NCBI GenBank assembly: GCA_016200965.1
Contig: JACQDT010000013.1
Span: forward strand, 1 to 53,993
Direction: 5' to 3'
Length of the DNA: 53,993 bases
From: Candidatus Azambacteria bacterium
Lineage (GTDB): Bacteria; Patescibacteriota; Minisyncoccia; GWC2-36-17; WO2-46-25
Below the pieces are notes generated by a model. It made no database searches, was not told the DNA's origin, and was given only the letters and a program-made list of their open reading frames with translations. Of this stretch, positions 45,809-53,993 are shown in pieces (within the stretch, counting starts at the first letter, position 1; each line of letters opens with the position of its first letter). Position numbers and translations under genes: made by a program.

Positions 45809-46636
45809 TTATTTCTCCAGAAGCGCAACGTCAATAACCGATTTTACCGCCGCGTACGGCTGGGCGCCGGAAATCACGAACTTCTTCCCGTTTTGCGCGA
45901 TTACTACGGTGTAGGGCGTTCCCTGTCCGCCCGCGCCGGTCGCATCCGCGAGATTGTCAGCCACATGCTGGGCGTATTTTCCGGAGGACAAACACTGCTC
46001 AAACTTCGCCGCATCCAAACCGACATATTGGGCGATTTTTGGAAGTTCGGCGGGGTCAAGGCCGTTGTTTGACGGCGTTACCTCAAACACGCGGTCAAGA
46101 TACGCCCAGAATGTGTCGTTGCCGCCAAGCTCGTTGGCGCATTCGGACGCCTCCGCTTCCTTGCGCGCTTTGGAATGCAGGGAATCAAGCGGAAAATGAC
46201 GGTACACCCACGCCACCTGATTTGGGTAATCCTTCACTGCCTGTTGCATGGTAGGGTGGAACCGCTTGCAGAACGGGCACTCGGCGTCCGAGAACTCCAC
46301 CACTTTCACCGGCGCGTTCAGGGAACCGCGGATGTGATCTTTGTTTGTCACCGGCGCGATATTATCCACTGAACCGGAACTTGATTTTATCTGCTGCTGT
46401 GAGGGCGGCGGCGCAGTCGGCGCGGTTTTTGACGCCCCATTTTGTGTTAGAGAAGAATTCCCGCGGGAATACATCACGGCGCCCGCAATCAGAAGGCCGG
46501 CGATAAAAATGGCCGCAGGAACAGCCCAGGGATTTTCTTGGTTGCCCTTTGCCTGCTGTTTCAACGCGTACAATCGTTCTTCAAGTTCTTTGATCTCTCC
46601 TTCGGTATTTTTTTGATCTGCGTTGTCTGTTGTCAT
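45809..46636 (-). CDS. DsbA-family thiol-disulfide oxidoreductase
   Basis: EFSDAECPFCK, YRHFPL, GTP, GAQPY. Confidence 0.93.
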   Translation of the reverse strand: MTTDNADQKNTEGEIKELEERLYALKQQAKGNQENPWAVPAAIFIAGLLIAGAVMYSRGNSSLTQNGASKTAPTAPPPSQQQIKSSSGSVDNIAPVTNKDHIRGSLNAPVKVVEFSDAECPFCKRFHPTMQQAVKDYPNQVAWVYRHFPLDSLHSKARKEAEASECANELGGNDTFWAYLDRVFEVTPSNNGLDPAELPKIAQYVGLDAAKFEQCLSSGKYAQHVADNLADATGAGGQGTPYTVVIAQNGKKFVISGAQPYAAVKSVIDVALLEK

Positions 46637-46774
46637 AGAAGTAAAAATTTGAATTGTACACATAAGTTGCTATAGCAATTTATACGTACAATTAAATTGT
46701 TCAAAAAAAATAACATGTGATAAACATAAATCCCGCGGCGCATACGCACGGCCCTTGGCGCTTGGGCGATCCGG

Positions 46775-47095
46775 CTAAAACGCCCGCGAGTGCAAAATCC
46801 CGCGGCGGAACATGAGTAACAACGGGTCAGCAAGCGCAGTATAAAACTGGTTGCGCCGCGCCATATGCCATACTGTCATCTTTTGCCTTGGCGATACCCG
46901 CGGGGAAAACATAAAAACAAGCATCACGAAAAGCGCAAGCGAAACCCCTCTGGAATTTTGATCTCCCATATATGCGGCGGGCATGACAATACTGCACGCC
47001 GTGTTCTCCATGTCTGGCATACCCGTTGCAAATTGGAAAAATCCGCACGATACAAGTATCACACCGAGGATAATTGTTGCACTTTTTATTCCCAT
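46775..47095 (-). CDS. Hypothetical membrane protein
   Basis: Two hydrophobic segments, C-terminal FRRGILHSRAF. Confidence 0.6.
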   Translation of the reverse strand: MGIKSATIILGVILVSCGFFQFATGMPDMENTACSIVMPAAYMGDQNSRGVSLALFVMLVFMFSPRVSPRQKMTVWHMARRNQFYTALADPLLLMFRRGILHSRAF

Positions 47096-47121
47096 AAAAA
47101 ATAGTAATAACTGCTCATCAC

Positions 47122-49368
47122 TTACTGAGAAAGCGGCGTATATCCTTCATAGATCACCGGTACTATCATGCCGGCGCCCGCGTGGTGCAATTCATGGCAA
47201 TGAAACACCCACACGCCGGGATTTTCCGCCGTAAATTCAATGTCATATGTCTCGCCCGGATTGAGCGCTATCGTATTTTTCGTCAACTGCGCCGCTTGAG
47301 GCACCGCATTGCCGTCAGTGGCAACTATCTTAAATTGATGTCCGTGCAAATGCATCGGATGAATCGTGGACGTGCCGGCATTGATAAGCCGCAGGCGGAC
47401 GCGCTCGCCTTTGTTCACCATAATCGGCTCACTGTCGGGAAACGAGCGCCCGTTTATCGTAAATACATTGTAGTCCATCATCGCGTGCCCGCCGCCCATG
47501 CTGTCGTGCGCAGCCATCGCAGCCATATTCATTCCGCCCGCTCCCACCGCCCACTCGTCCAGCACAAGCGTCACCTCTTTGTCAGGACGCATAAAATTTT
47601 TGGGTTCTATTATAAACGCCCCCGAAAGCCCCATATCCAACTGCATCGCCTCGGTCCCGTGCGATGAGCCATGCGTATGGTAAAAATGCGTGCCCGCGGG
47701 CCTTGCCTCAAATTCGTACACGCGCGTTTCTCCCGGCTGTGTTGCGGTCTGACTGAAACCAGGAACGCCGTCTTGCGCATAGGGAACATCGATGCCGTGC
47801 CAATGCATCGCGGTCGCGTCGGGCAGACGATTCTCCAAAATCACCCGCACTCTGTCCCCTTCCGTCACGCGGATTTCCGGCCCGGGAATCTGCCCGTTGT
47901 ATCCCCATGCGTGCACATACTTCCCCTTCGCGTACTCCCAGCGAAATTCTTCCGCCACCAGCCGAAATTCTTTTACCCCTTCTTTTATTTCAAACGGTAG
48001 CTTGGCAATGCGGTCGGCAGGCGTGCGCAAGGGCAATTTCGCAAGCGCGCTTGCGTCGGACATAGCGTGATCCATTCCCATCATGACGCTCATGCCGCTG
48101 GCCGCATCGTGCGTATGCGCCGCATCCGTACCTGCGCCTGCCTGTTGCTTCTGCATATGCCCGGCCTCATGTTCCGCCGCCTGTTTCAGGAAACGTTCGG
48201 GCAATACATAGACAAACACGAGTGCTAAAAGACCCGACAGCAACAATACGGACCACTTCTTTGAACTGAACTTTGCAAGCGGCAGGGCGCGCTCCGCCTC
48301 GGGCAAGGCGCGGATGCGATTTTGCTCACCCCCCAAATACCACCACAGCGGGATGATCATTAACAGCACGAACACCCAGTTGCCGAGCCACAAAGGCGCT
48401 CCGAAAAATCCGGTACCAGCCATAACACCATGCTCATGCGTCGTTGAAGTTCCCAGTTGCTGATTGAGCGCGCCGAGAAAAGTTTGTTCCTGCGTGATGC
48501 TTTCAAGCAGAGTGTGCTGGCCCGAATTGACCCACCAGTCATGCGAGAAAAATCCGAGCGTGAAAAGGAACGCGCCCACAAACACCATGCCCCATGCCGT
48601 CGCGCGCGCAATGGAATCCTTGTGCTTTAACAGCGTCTTGGTCGCGTTCACGCCCAAAATGCCCAGCACCGCCAAAAGCAAGAGCGGAATGATACGCCCG
48701 ATGGCGTGCACGAAGAACAAAAGCCATCCGTAAAATACGTCGCCGGTCACGCCGATCTGGCCTAAAATAATGGGCGTGGCGGGATGCGGGCACCCGATGC
48801 CGATATTGCCCAGAAAAAGCCCGAGCATGAACGCTTTGGCGACATCTTTGCGCTTTTGTATGAAACCGGGCGCCGCGCCCATGTAGCTTGGCATACGCGC
48901 CTTCACAAGGCCGAGTTCGCCCAGCGCAAACACCATCGCGAATACGCCGGCAATGGTGTAAAACACATTTTTGATTATCTCTCCGCTCCCGCCCGTCCCT
49001 GCAAAACTGTAGATCGCCTTTCCCAAAATCGCCGCGAATACGCCATATAAGGAAAGCGTGATGGAAACGCCCAATCCAAACGCAAGCGCGATGGAAAGCC
49101 CCTTCACATACCCTTTGCCCATGGAAAGCGGGACGATAACAAATGCCAAAGGCAGGGTGCAGGGAAGCACGATCATGGAAAGCCCCGCGGCGAAACTGAA
49201 CAAAAACCAGCCCGGCCCGATGGGCGAACCGGAGCTTGAAGTGAAGATCCAATACAAGCCCGAAAGAAACACGCCAAGCAAAAAGAGCGCGAACATGACG
49301 AACAAAAGCCGCCAGTGCTTGTCCTGCGCGCCGCCTTCCGCGGGAACTTGTGTTGTTTGAGATTCCAT
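47122..49368 (-). CDS. CcdA/DsbD-like membrane domain fused to a two-domain multicopper oxidase
   Basis: LPCTLP and GCPHP in the TM region; HWHG, HTH, HPMHLHG, HCHELHHAGAGM. Confidence 0.88.
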   Translation of the reverse strand: MESQTTQVPAEGGAQDKHWRLLFVMFALFLLGVFLSGLYWIFTSSSGSPIGPGWFLFSFAAGLSMIVLPCTLPLAFVIVPLSMGKGYVKGLSIALAFGLGVSITLSLYGVFAAILGKAIYSFAGTGGSGEIIKNVFYTIAGVFAMVFALGELGLVKARMPSYMGAAPGFIQKRKDVAKAFMLGLFLGNIGIGCPHPATPIILGQIGVTGDVFYGWLLFFVHAIGRIIPLLLLAVLGILGVNATKTLLKHKDSIARATAWGMVFVGAFLFTLGFFSHDWWVNSGQHTLLESITQEQTFLGALNQQLGTSTTHEHGVMAGTGFFGAPLWLGNWVFVLLMIIPLWWYLGGEQNRIRALPEAERALPLAKFSSKKWSVLLLSGLLALVFVYVLPERFLKQAAEHEAGHMQKQQAGAGTDAAHTHDAASGMSVMMGMDHAMSDASALAKLPLRTPADRIAKLPFEIKEGVKEFRLVAEEFRWEYAKGKYVHAWGYNGQIPGPEIRVTEGDRVRVILENRLPDATAMHWHGIDVPYAQDGVPGFSQTATQPGETRVYEFEARPAGTHFYHTHGSSHGTEAMQLDMGLSGAFIIEPKNFMRPDKEVTLVLDEWAVGAGGMNMAAMAAHDSMGGGHAMMDYNVFTINGRSFPDSEPIMVNKGERVRLRLINAGTSTIHPMHLHGHQFKIVATDGNAVPQAAQLTKNTIALNPGETYDIEFTAENPGVWVFHCHELHHAGAGMIVPVIYEGYTPLSQ

Positions 49369-49421
49369 GTTGCTTTTTAGTATACCACGCGCCGCCTTCG
49401 CGCGCAAAGAAATGTTTTAAT

Positions 49422-49449
49422 TTGACATCCCTCCACGCTACGCTATAAT
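49422..49449 (+). promoter_or_regulatory. Sigma70 promoter TTGACA-N16-TATAAT
   Basis: Consensus hexamers upstream of the TA pair. Confidence 0.75.
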
Positions 49450-49458
49450 AACTGACAT

Positions 49459-49695
49459 ATGAACACCGCGACAGTACAAGTAAAGCTCACGCGAAAAGAA
49501 AAAGAACAGTTGAGCCACCTCGCGCTCCGCTACGGCTTTTCGCTTCCCGAATTTTCTCGCCGCATCCTCACTGAAATTGCATCCGAAATTCCGGAAGAAT
49601 CGCTCTCGGAATACGTGCATCCCAAGAAAATCAAAGCGTCGCTTGACCGGGCTCTGCGCGATTGGCGCCACGGGCGCGTCCGCGCGCAACTATAA
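49459..49695 (+). CDS. Putative RHH-type antitoxin
   Basis: VQVKLTRKEKEQL..LA..YG.SL; lies upstream of a RelE-like gene. Confidence 0.7.
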   Translation: MNTATVQVKLTRKEKEQLSHLALRYGFSLPEFSRRILTEIASEIPEESLSEYVHPKKIKASLDRALRDWRHGRVRAQL

Positions 49696-49949
49696 ACATC
49701 CTCTTTGCGGACGAGTTTCAAAAGAAATTCAAGAAACTTCCTCCGGAAATACAGCGTCTCTACTACACACAGGAAAAACTCTTTCGGCAGAATTGGCGCG
49801 ACCCACGATTGCACACAAAAAAACTTATTGACTACCCGCTTCCTTTCTCGTTTCGCATCACGCGGCGTTACCGCGTGTTCTTTATTTTCGTAGATGGCGC
49901 CACCGCGCTTTTTGCGACTGTCGGCCACAGAAAAGATTCATATAAATAA
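49692..49949 (+). CDS. RelE/ParE-family toxin (ATA at the expected start)
   Basis: FQKKFKKLP, DPRLHTKKL, SFRITRRYR, VGHRKDSY. Confidence 0.8.
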   Translation: MNILFADEFQKKFKKLPPEIQRLYYTQEKLFRQNWRDPRLHTKKLIDYPLPFSFRITRRYRVFFIFVDGATALFATVGHRKDSYK

Positions 49950-50135
49950 TTTTCTCAAAGAACTCCTTGATTACCCGCGCACATAAATGAAAACACAAAG
50001 CCGCCGCATCAAATGCGACGGCTTTGTTCTTTTCCCCCTTCCTAAAAGCTCACCATTCGCAAGGCGCGAATCACGAGTTTAGTGGGAAGGGAGAGGTGCT
50101 TTTGATTTTTTTTCAAAAACAGAGCTCTCCTTTCT

Positions 50136-50294
50136 TCAACTCTTCCGCATGGTCTGCGGTGGTCTTTGAGTAAGGAGCTGGACCAACTTTCCGCTTGCGA
50201 GCATAAAGATCGCCTCGCAACCGGGACACGTGTATGTCGTCACATCAAAGCTTTCCCGGCATTGCGTTGGGACATAACAGTTCGGACATCGCAT
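50136..50294 (-). CDS. 52-aa zinc-ribbon microprotein, missing from the ORF track
   Basis: MRCPNC...YTCPGC; SD GAGGAGG. Confidence 0.6.
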   Translation of the reverse strand: MRCPNCYVPTQCRESFDVTTYTCPGCEAIFMLASGKLVQLLTQRPPQTMRKS

Positions 50295-50409
50295 GCGTCC
50301 TCCTCGTGTTGATTGGTTAAGAGCGTCTCCTTAGAGCCGACGATTCTGTGAATCGCAAGCTCGGTTGGAGGGAGATTTTTTTAGAGAATCTCCCGAAAAC
50401 TCTTGGTGG

Positions 50410-50583
50410 CTATTTAAGCCGCCTAAAGATGTGTTCCATGAGCTGAGCCACCCCAAAAACTAGATATCCTGACAAGGCCCAGAACAGTCCCGACGATACC
50501 ACCGGGAGGTTGTATACCACCCCGTAGATCACGCCTATGACCAAACCACACCCCATCGTGAATATGCAGTAATTTTTTCCCAT
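50410..50583 (-). CDS. 57-aa two-TM microprotein, missing from the ORF track
   Basis: MGKNYCIFTMGCGLVIGVIYGVV...FWALSGYLVFGVAQLM; SD AAGGAGG. Confidence 0.55.
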   Translation of the reverse strand: MGKNYCIFTMGCGLVIGVIYGVVYNLPVVSSGLFWALSGYLVFGVAQLMEHIFRRLK

Positions 50584-50886
50584 TTTTTCCTCCTTTGTTT
50601 TTCAGCATTCCTTACGCAAGACAATCCCGCAAAATTGCCGATGACTTTCAATGAACATTCTCTTCGTTCTTGAAGAGATCTATAGAGAAGACGTGCGAGG
50701 GGTTTATAAGAATAAGTCCTCGCGACAGATTCTCTTCCATGGATCTCGACAAGAAGCGAAAAAGGGGGAATCAATATTATGGAGAGATTGTAGCACATAT
50801 AAAATATCTTGTCAAGCCATTTTGGAAAAAACAGCTTATGTAAGCGGTTTTTTGATGTCTGTATTCATCAATTGTTTGCCACAACA

Positions 50887-51204
50887 CTATTTTCCTGTAT
50901 ACGTAAATGCGCGGAACGGCCGGTTTGCCACAAGGACAAAGACCGTTATGCGCCGATATGGTCCATGAGGGATTTCCTCATACGCATCCAACGCTTTCAT
51001 GTCTGCTTTTGACAAACCAAGAAGCAGAACTCCCCTGATGGTTGCCTTGCTCTCTTTGCGGGCAACCGGATACGCGTATCCTCGTATCCGCGCACGCCGA
51101 AATCCGGGAAGGACTGCCCGCATCCGCCCGACACGCCTCTCCAGCAACTTTCTACAGAGAGCCGAATCGCGCAAAGATCCGTAAACAAACAAAGCGTACT
51201 GCAT
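50887..51204 (-). CDS. Gamma-glutamylcyclotransferase (AIG2-like)
   Basis: LFVYGSL, LDAYEE..YRR. Confidence 0.88.
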   Translation of the reverse strand: MQYALFVYGSLRDSALCRKLLERRVGRMRAVLPGFRRARIRGYAYPVARKESKATIRGVLLLGLSKADMKALDAYEEIPHGPYRRITVFVLVANRPFRAFTYTGK

Positions 51205-51209
51205 CGCGT

Positions 51210-51872
51210 CTACTTTACAACGCGTTGCTTGAAACGTAGCGCTTCTTCTTTGAAAAACCGCCGCCAAACCGAAGGAGCTATTTTTTCAATCATCCGCGGC
51301 AAATCTTTTGCTGTTTCGGCCTTCACAAACTGGGTGCCGAGCTGAAGCGGGTCAATATGCCAATCAAACTTTGCTTTCGCTTTTTTGAGAAGCTCGTCCG
51401 TGCTCCATCCGTAGCGCTGTATGATGCAGTACAAATCAATATAATCTCGCGCCGCAGTGCGCTGATAGATGGTAAACAGTTTATTCACCGCGATATCAAT
51501 GGCGCTGTCCACCTTTATTCCCTCTCTGCGTTTTGGCTTTTCAATCTGCGGAAACGGGAAAAAGGTGAATTCTGTTTTTAACACCTCGTCCGAAAAATGG
51601 AGAAAGAAGAGATTCCGGTTGTAGCTTTGCTGAAAATCCACGCCGGTAATGCCCAGGGGTTTTTTGTGCTTCTGAAAAAAAACGGAAACTGCGGATATAT
51701 CAAATTCATGCTCGAAGAAAAAATCCAAATCTTCGGAAAACCGGTGGTGCAAATAGAACCCGGCAAGCGCGGTGCCGCCGGTAAGATAACCGTGGGTCGC
51801 AAGCGCCTTATCGCTTGCGACCGCCGCGAGCACGGCGCGCTGGCGCCGCGTGAGAATGTCCGTTTGTTCCAT
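51210..51872 (-). CDS. AbiEii/AbiGii-family nucleotidyltransferase
   Basis: LTGGTALA..YLHHRFSEDLDFF, NKL, RDYIDLY. Confidence 0.92.
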   Translation of the reverse strand: MEQTDILTRRQRAVLAAVASDKALATHGYLTGGTALAGFYLHHRFSEDLDFFFEHEFDISAVSVFFQKHKKPLGITGVDFQQSYNRNLFFLHFSDEVLKTEFTFFPFPQIEKPKRREGIKVDSAIDIAVNKLFTIYQRTAARDYIDLYCIIQRYGWSTDELLKKAKAKFDWHIDPLQLGTQFVKAETAKDLPRMIEKIAPSVWRRFFKEEALRFKQRVVK

Positions 51873-52062
51873 ACAATAAAAGCGCGAGAAACTTTCTTCG
51901 TGACGGATCGATGGCGATGACGTTCCAGTACTTTTTCAAAAGCCACGCGTCGATTTTTTTGCCGCCCAAACCGAAATTCACCATCTGTTCAAGTTTCCAG
52001 ACGGCGTATCGTTTCTTGTCTTTCCTCAATAATTCCCGTTCATCCACCGACCAGTTATACAT
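51808..52062 (-). CDS. Small partner of the AbiEii-like gene (putative antitoxin)
   Basis: MYNWSVD...WKLEQMVNFGL; overlaps the NTase start. Confidence 0.65.
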   Translation of the reverse strand: MYNWSVDERELLRKDKKRYAVWKLEQMVNFGLGGKKIDAWLLKKYWNVIAIDPSRRKFLALLLYGTNGHSHAAPARRARGGRKR

Positions 52063-52147
52063 AAATCAATAATAACACATTTTTTATGAAGTATCCAGTG
52101 GTTTTCACGTACTGCATCGTTTTCATTTTTTATGCTACCATAGTACC

Positions 52148-53170
52148 ATGACCGTCAAAAAAATATATATCGGCGGGTGGTTTCAACGAACGACACTGCA
52201 TCTCACGGAAATGTGGGATTTTTTGAAATACGGGATGTCGCGGCTTGATTTCCCTCCTGCGGAACTTGCAAAAGCGCGCGCCTTGCTTGCCATCGCCAAC
52301 GTCACGCGCGAAAGCGGGCCGCTTGAATATCTTTTGGTGGAGACATCAGTGGGAATCAGCTACCGCATCTACGAAGACGGGCTCATCATTCTTGAAAAAG
52401 ATTTTCGTTCGCTCAAAGAGGACTTTGCCGATATCAAAGATTACTACGACAACAAGCTGTCCAAAGCGCTTTCGCTCATTTTCAGCAAGGGCGCGCCGGT
52501 GCCCAAAGAACTGGCAAGCATCCAAACCAACCTGCGCGACGAAACGCTCGCGCGGCACATCATCGAATCGCAGATATTTTTCCGCGAATTCAAATCACAG
52601 CTCGCCCGCTATCTCGCCATCCATCGGCTCGTGTGGGAAAAAATAGAACGCATCAAAGAGCGCGAAAAAATAAAGGGGAACGAGATCGACGGCCTGCGCA
52701 ACGAGCTTTCGGATTATCAAAAGACCATTCATCTCATCGGCGCGCGCATCGACCAGATGGACGCTTACCTTAAAACGCGCCAGAAACTCACTGACCTCAA
52801 AACGATGGACGAATACCTCCAGCCGCTGTTTCAATTCAAATTTGAGACGCTTGCCGATACGCACGCCTACATCAAACACCTCTAGAAGATGACGGAGGAA
52901 TATCTGAATTCCGCCATCCAGATGTTTTCCGACCTCCAGCAAAAAAGCACCAAAAACACCATTTCGTCTCTGCAACTGGTCACCACCATCGGCGTGGTGG
53001 CGGCAATCCTCGGCTACCTGGGCAAAGACACGCTCCCGAAATTCACGTCCGTGGGCATGGTGTACTTTGGCCTGCTCATGGCAATGACCTGGGCGATCAA
53101 CACCGTCATCGCGAAATTTTTCCGCAACAAAAAATACCCCGTCAAAAGCCGGGAGTTGAAGAAACTCTGA
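52148..53170 (+). pseudogene. CorA-like coiled-coil/2-TM protein interrupted by an in-frame TAG
   Basis: ORFs 52148-52885 and 52889-53170 are in frame (HL*KMT); helical region followed by two C-terminal TM segments. Confidence 0.7.
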
Positions 53171-53178
53171 AAATCAAG

Positions 53179-53220
53179 AACATGTCGTTATATTTGCTAT
53201 AGCAAATATAACGACATGTT
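53179..53220. repeat. Palindrome of the CATGTCGTTAT family, solo copy C (perfect, 42 bp)
   Basis: AACATGTCGTTATATTTGCTA|TAGCAAATATAACGACATGTT. Confidence 0.92.
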
Positions 53221-53246
53221 GCAGTACACGAGAAAATTTCTTCTTG

Positions 53247-53663
53247 TTATTCTTTTTCTGTCTCGACTGCTTCTTGCTCTGTCCCTTCTTCCTTTTCCTG
53301 ATGCATACCGAGCTTCTCGCGTTCAAAAGTTTTCAGATTTTTCGAAGCTTCGGCAACGCGTGTTAAAATTTTCTTACATTCTTCTTCAATTGTACGGGCT
53401 TCTTCCTCAGTAAGATTTATCAACCCGATCTTTTTCTCCCCCGCTAAATTTCCCTGGTTTATAATTTCATTGTATAGATTCTTCCATGCATCCTCTATAG
53501 AACCTTTATGTCCTGTTGTGGGGTAATTTGTATAATCATACAACTTACACAAACGCTCTCCCAACTCATATACCTCCGAACCAAGTTCTTCAGAAGCTTT
53601 CTCTCTTTCGTCTGCTTTCTCAAACGCCTCACGAGAATATTCTTCTTTTATTTTTTCTCCCAT
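53247..53663 (-). CDS. Hypothetical acidic helical protein
   Basis: 138-aa AT-rich ORF. Confidence 0.6.
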   Translation of the reverse strand: MGEKIKEEYSREAFEKADEREKASEELGSEVYELGERLCKLYDYTNYPTTGHKGSIEDAWKNLYNEIINQGNLAGEKKIGLINLTEEEARTIEEECKKILTRVAEASKNLKTFEREKLGMHQEKEEGTEQEAVETEKE

Positions 53664-53870
53664 AGTTATATGTCGTTAATTGTGAGTTATGCCTCCAGCA
53701 TACCCCCGATGAGGTTTGTAAACCCCCACTGTCAACAGCTTCCACTTGGACGTGGAACATCAAGGCGGGAGAAAAAACACAAGCATCACTAAAGAAGAAC
53801 TGAGGAAGTACCTTTAAGCCACTCGCCGTTTATTGACAAAAGAAAATGGCTTATGCTACCATGCTTTTGT

Positions 53871-53993
53871 ATGCCCAGTAATACAACCTCGACTGGGCAC
53901 GCCGTTCGATGAAACGTTTCACTTGCGATTGTTGTCCGCACCAAAGACGAACCAACGCAGACCATGTTTATCCAACGGCGCACCCGAACGTTT
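53871..53993 (+). repeat. Copy 2 of the lepA-leader structured element (truncated by the window end)
   Basis: ATGCCCAGTAATACAACCTCGACTGGGCACGCC...TCCAACGGCGCACCC.AACGTTT matches the reverse complement of 14971-15190; lies just downstream of a TTGACA...TACCAT promoter. Confidence 0.85.

Noticed and set aside
52883-52885. TAG recoding or an alternative genetic code
   Set aside because: TAG and TGA end many full-length conserved genes here (ftsX, prfB, ABC subunits); a single case fits a nonsense mutation.

Overview
A chromosomal segment, most likely from a Patescibacteria/CPR (Parcubacteria-like) genome. This is inferred from gene content (DUF4012 protein, PaaX/Cas2-like protein, CPR-type surface repeats), tRNAs lacking encoded CCA and leaderless promoters. 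The housekeeping backbone is ftsEX, frameshifted prfB, lepA, murJ, a sugar transferase, rnpB, RNase HI, a MacAB-type ABC exporter, ychF, four intact tRNAs and a copper/thiol-redox cluster. AT-rich accessory islands sit at tRNA-Gln, tRNA-Arg and the ychF 3' end, and there are five toxin-antitoxin-like pairs. The most striking feature is the RNase P RNA gene. Its P3 helix is formed by the 16-bp terminal inverted repeats of a 319-bp insert that encodes an antisense GIY-YIG nuclease. Two more of its helices (the P5.1 position and P19) are ~50-bp hairpins with the same termini, and a fourth copy is intergenic. Together these suggest a GIY-YIG-linked hairpin element family that colonises a ribozyme. 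Other highlights: (1) a ~320-bp inverted-repeat-bounded island with a LexA-methyltransferase fusion, a DHH-like protein and a wHTH/HEPN-like operon; (2) an integrase-less cassette array delimited by copies of the ychF 3' end; (3) a PaaX/Cas2-like gene bracketed by 38-bp palindromes; (4) a repeated structured element in the lepA leader; (5) a half tRNA-Gly fused to a hairpin; (6) four tandem paralogous multi-TM proteins. All calls come from reading the sequence by eye; no searches were run.
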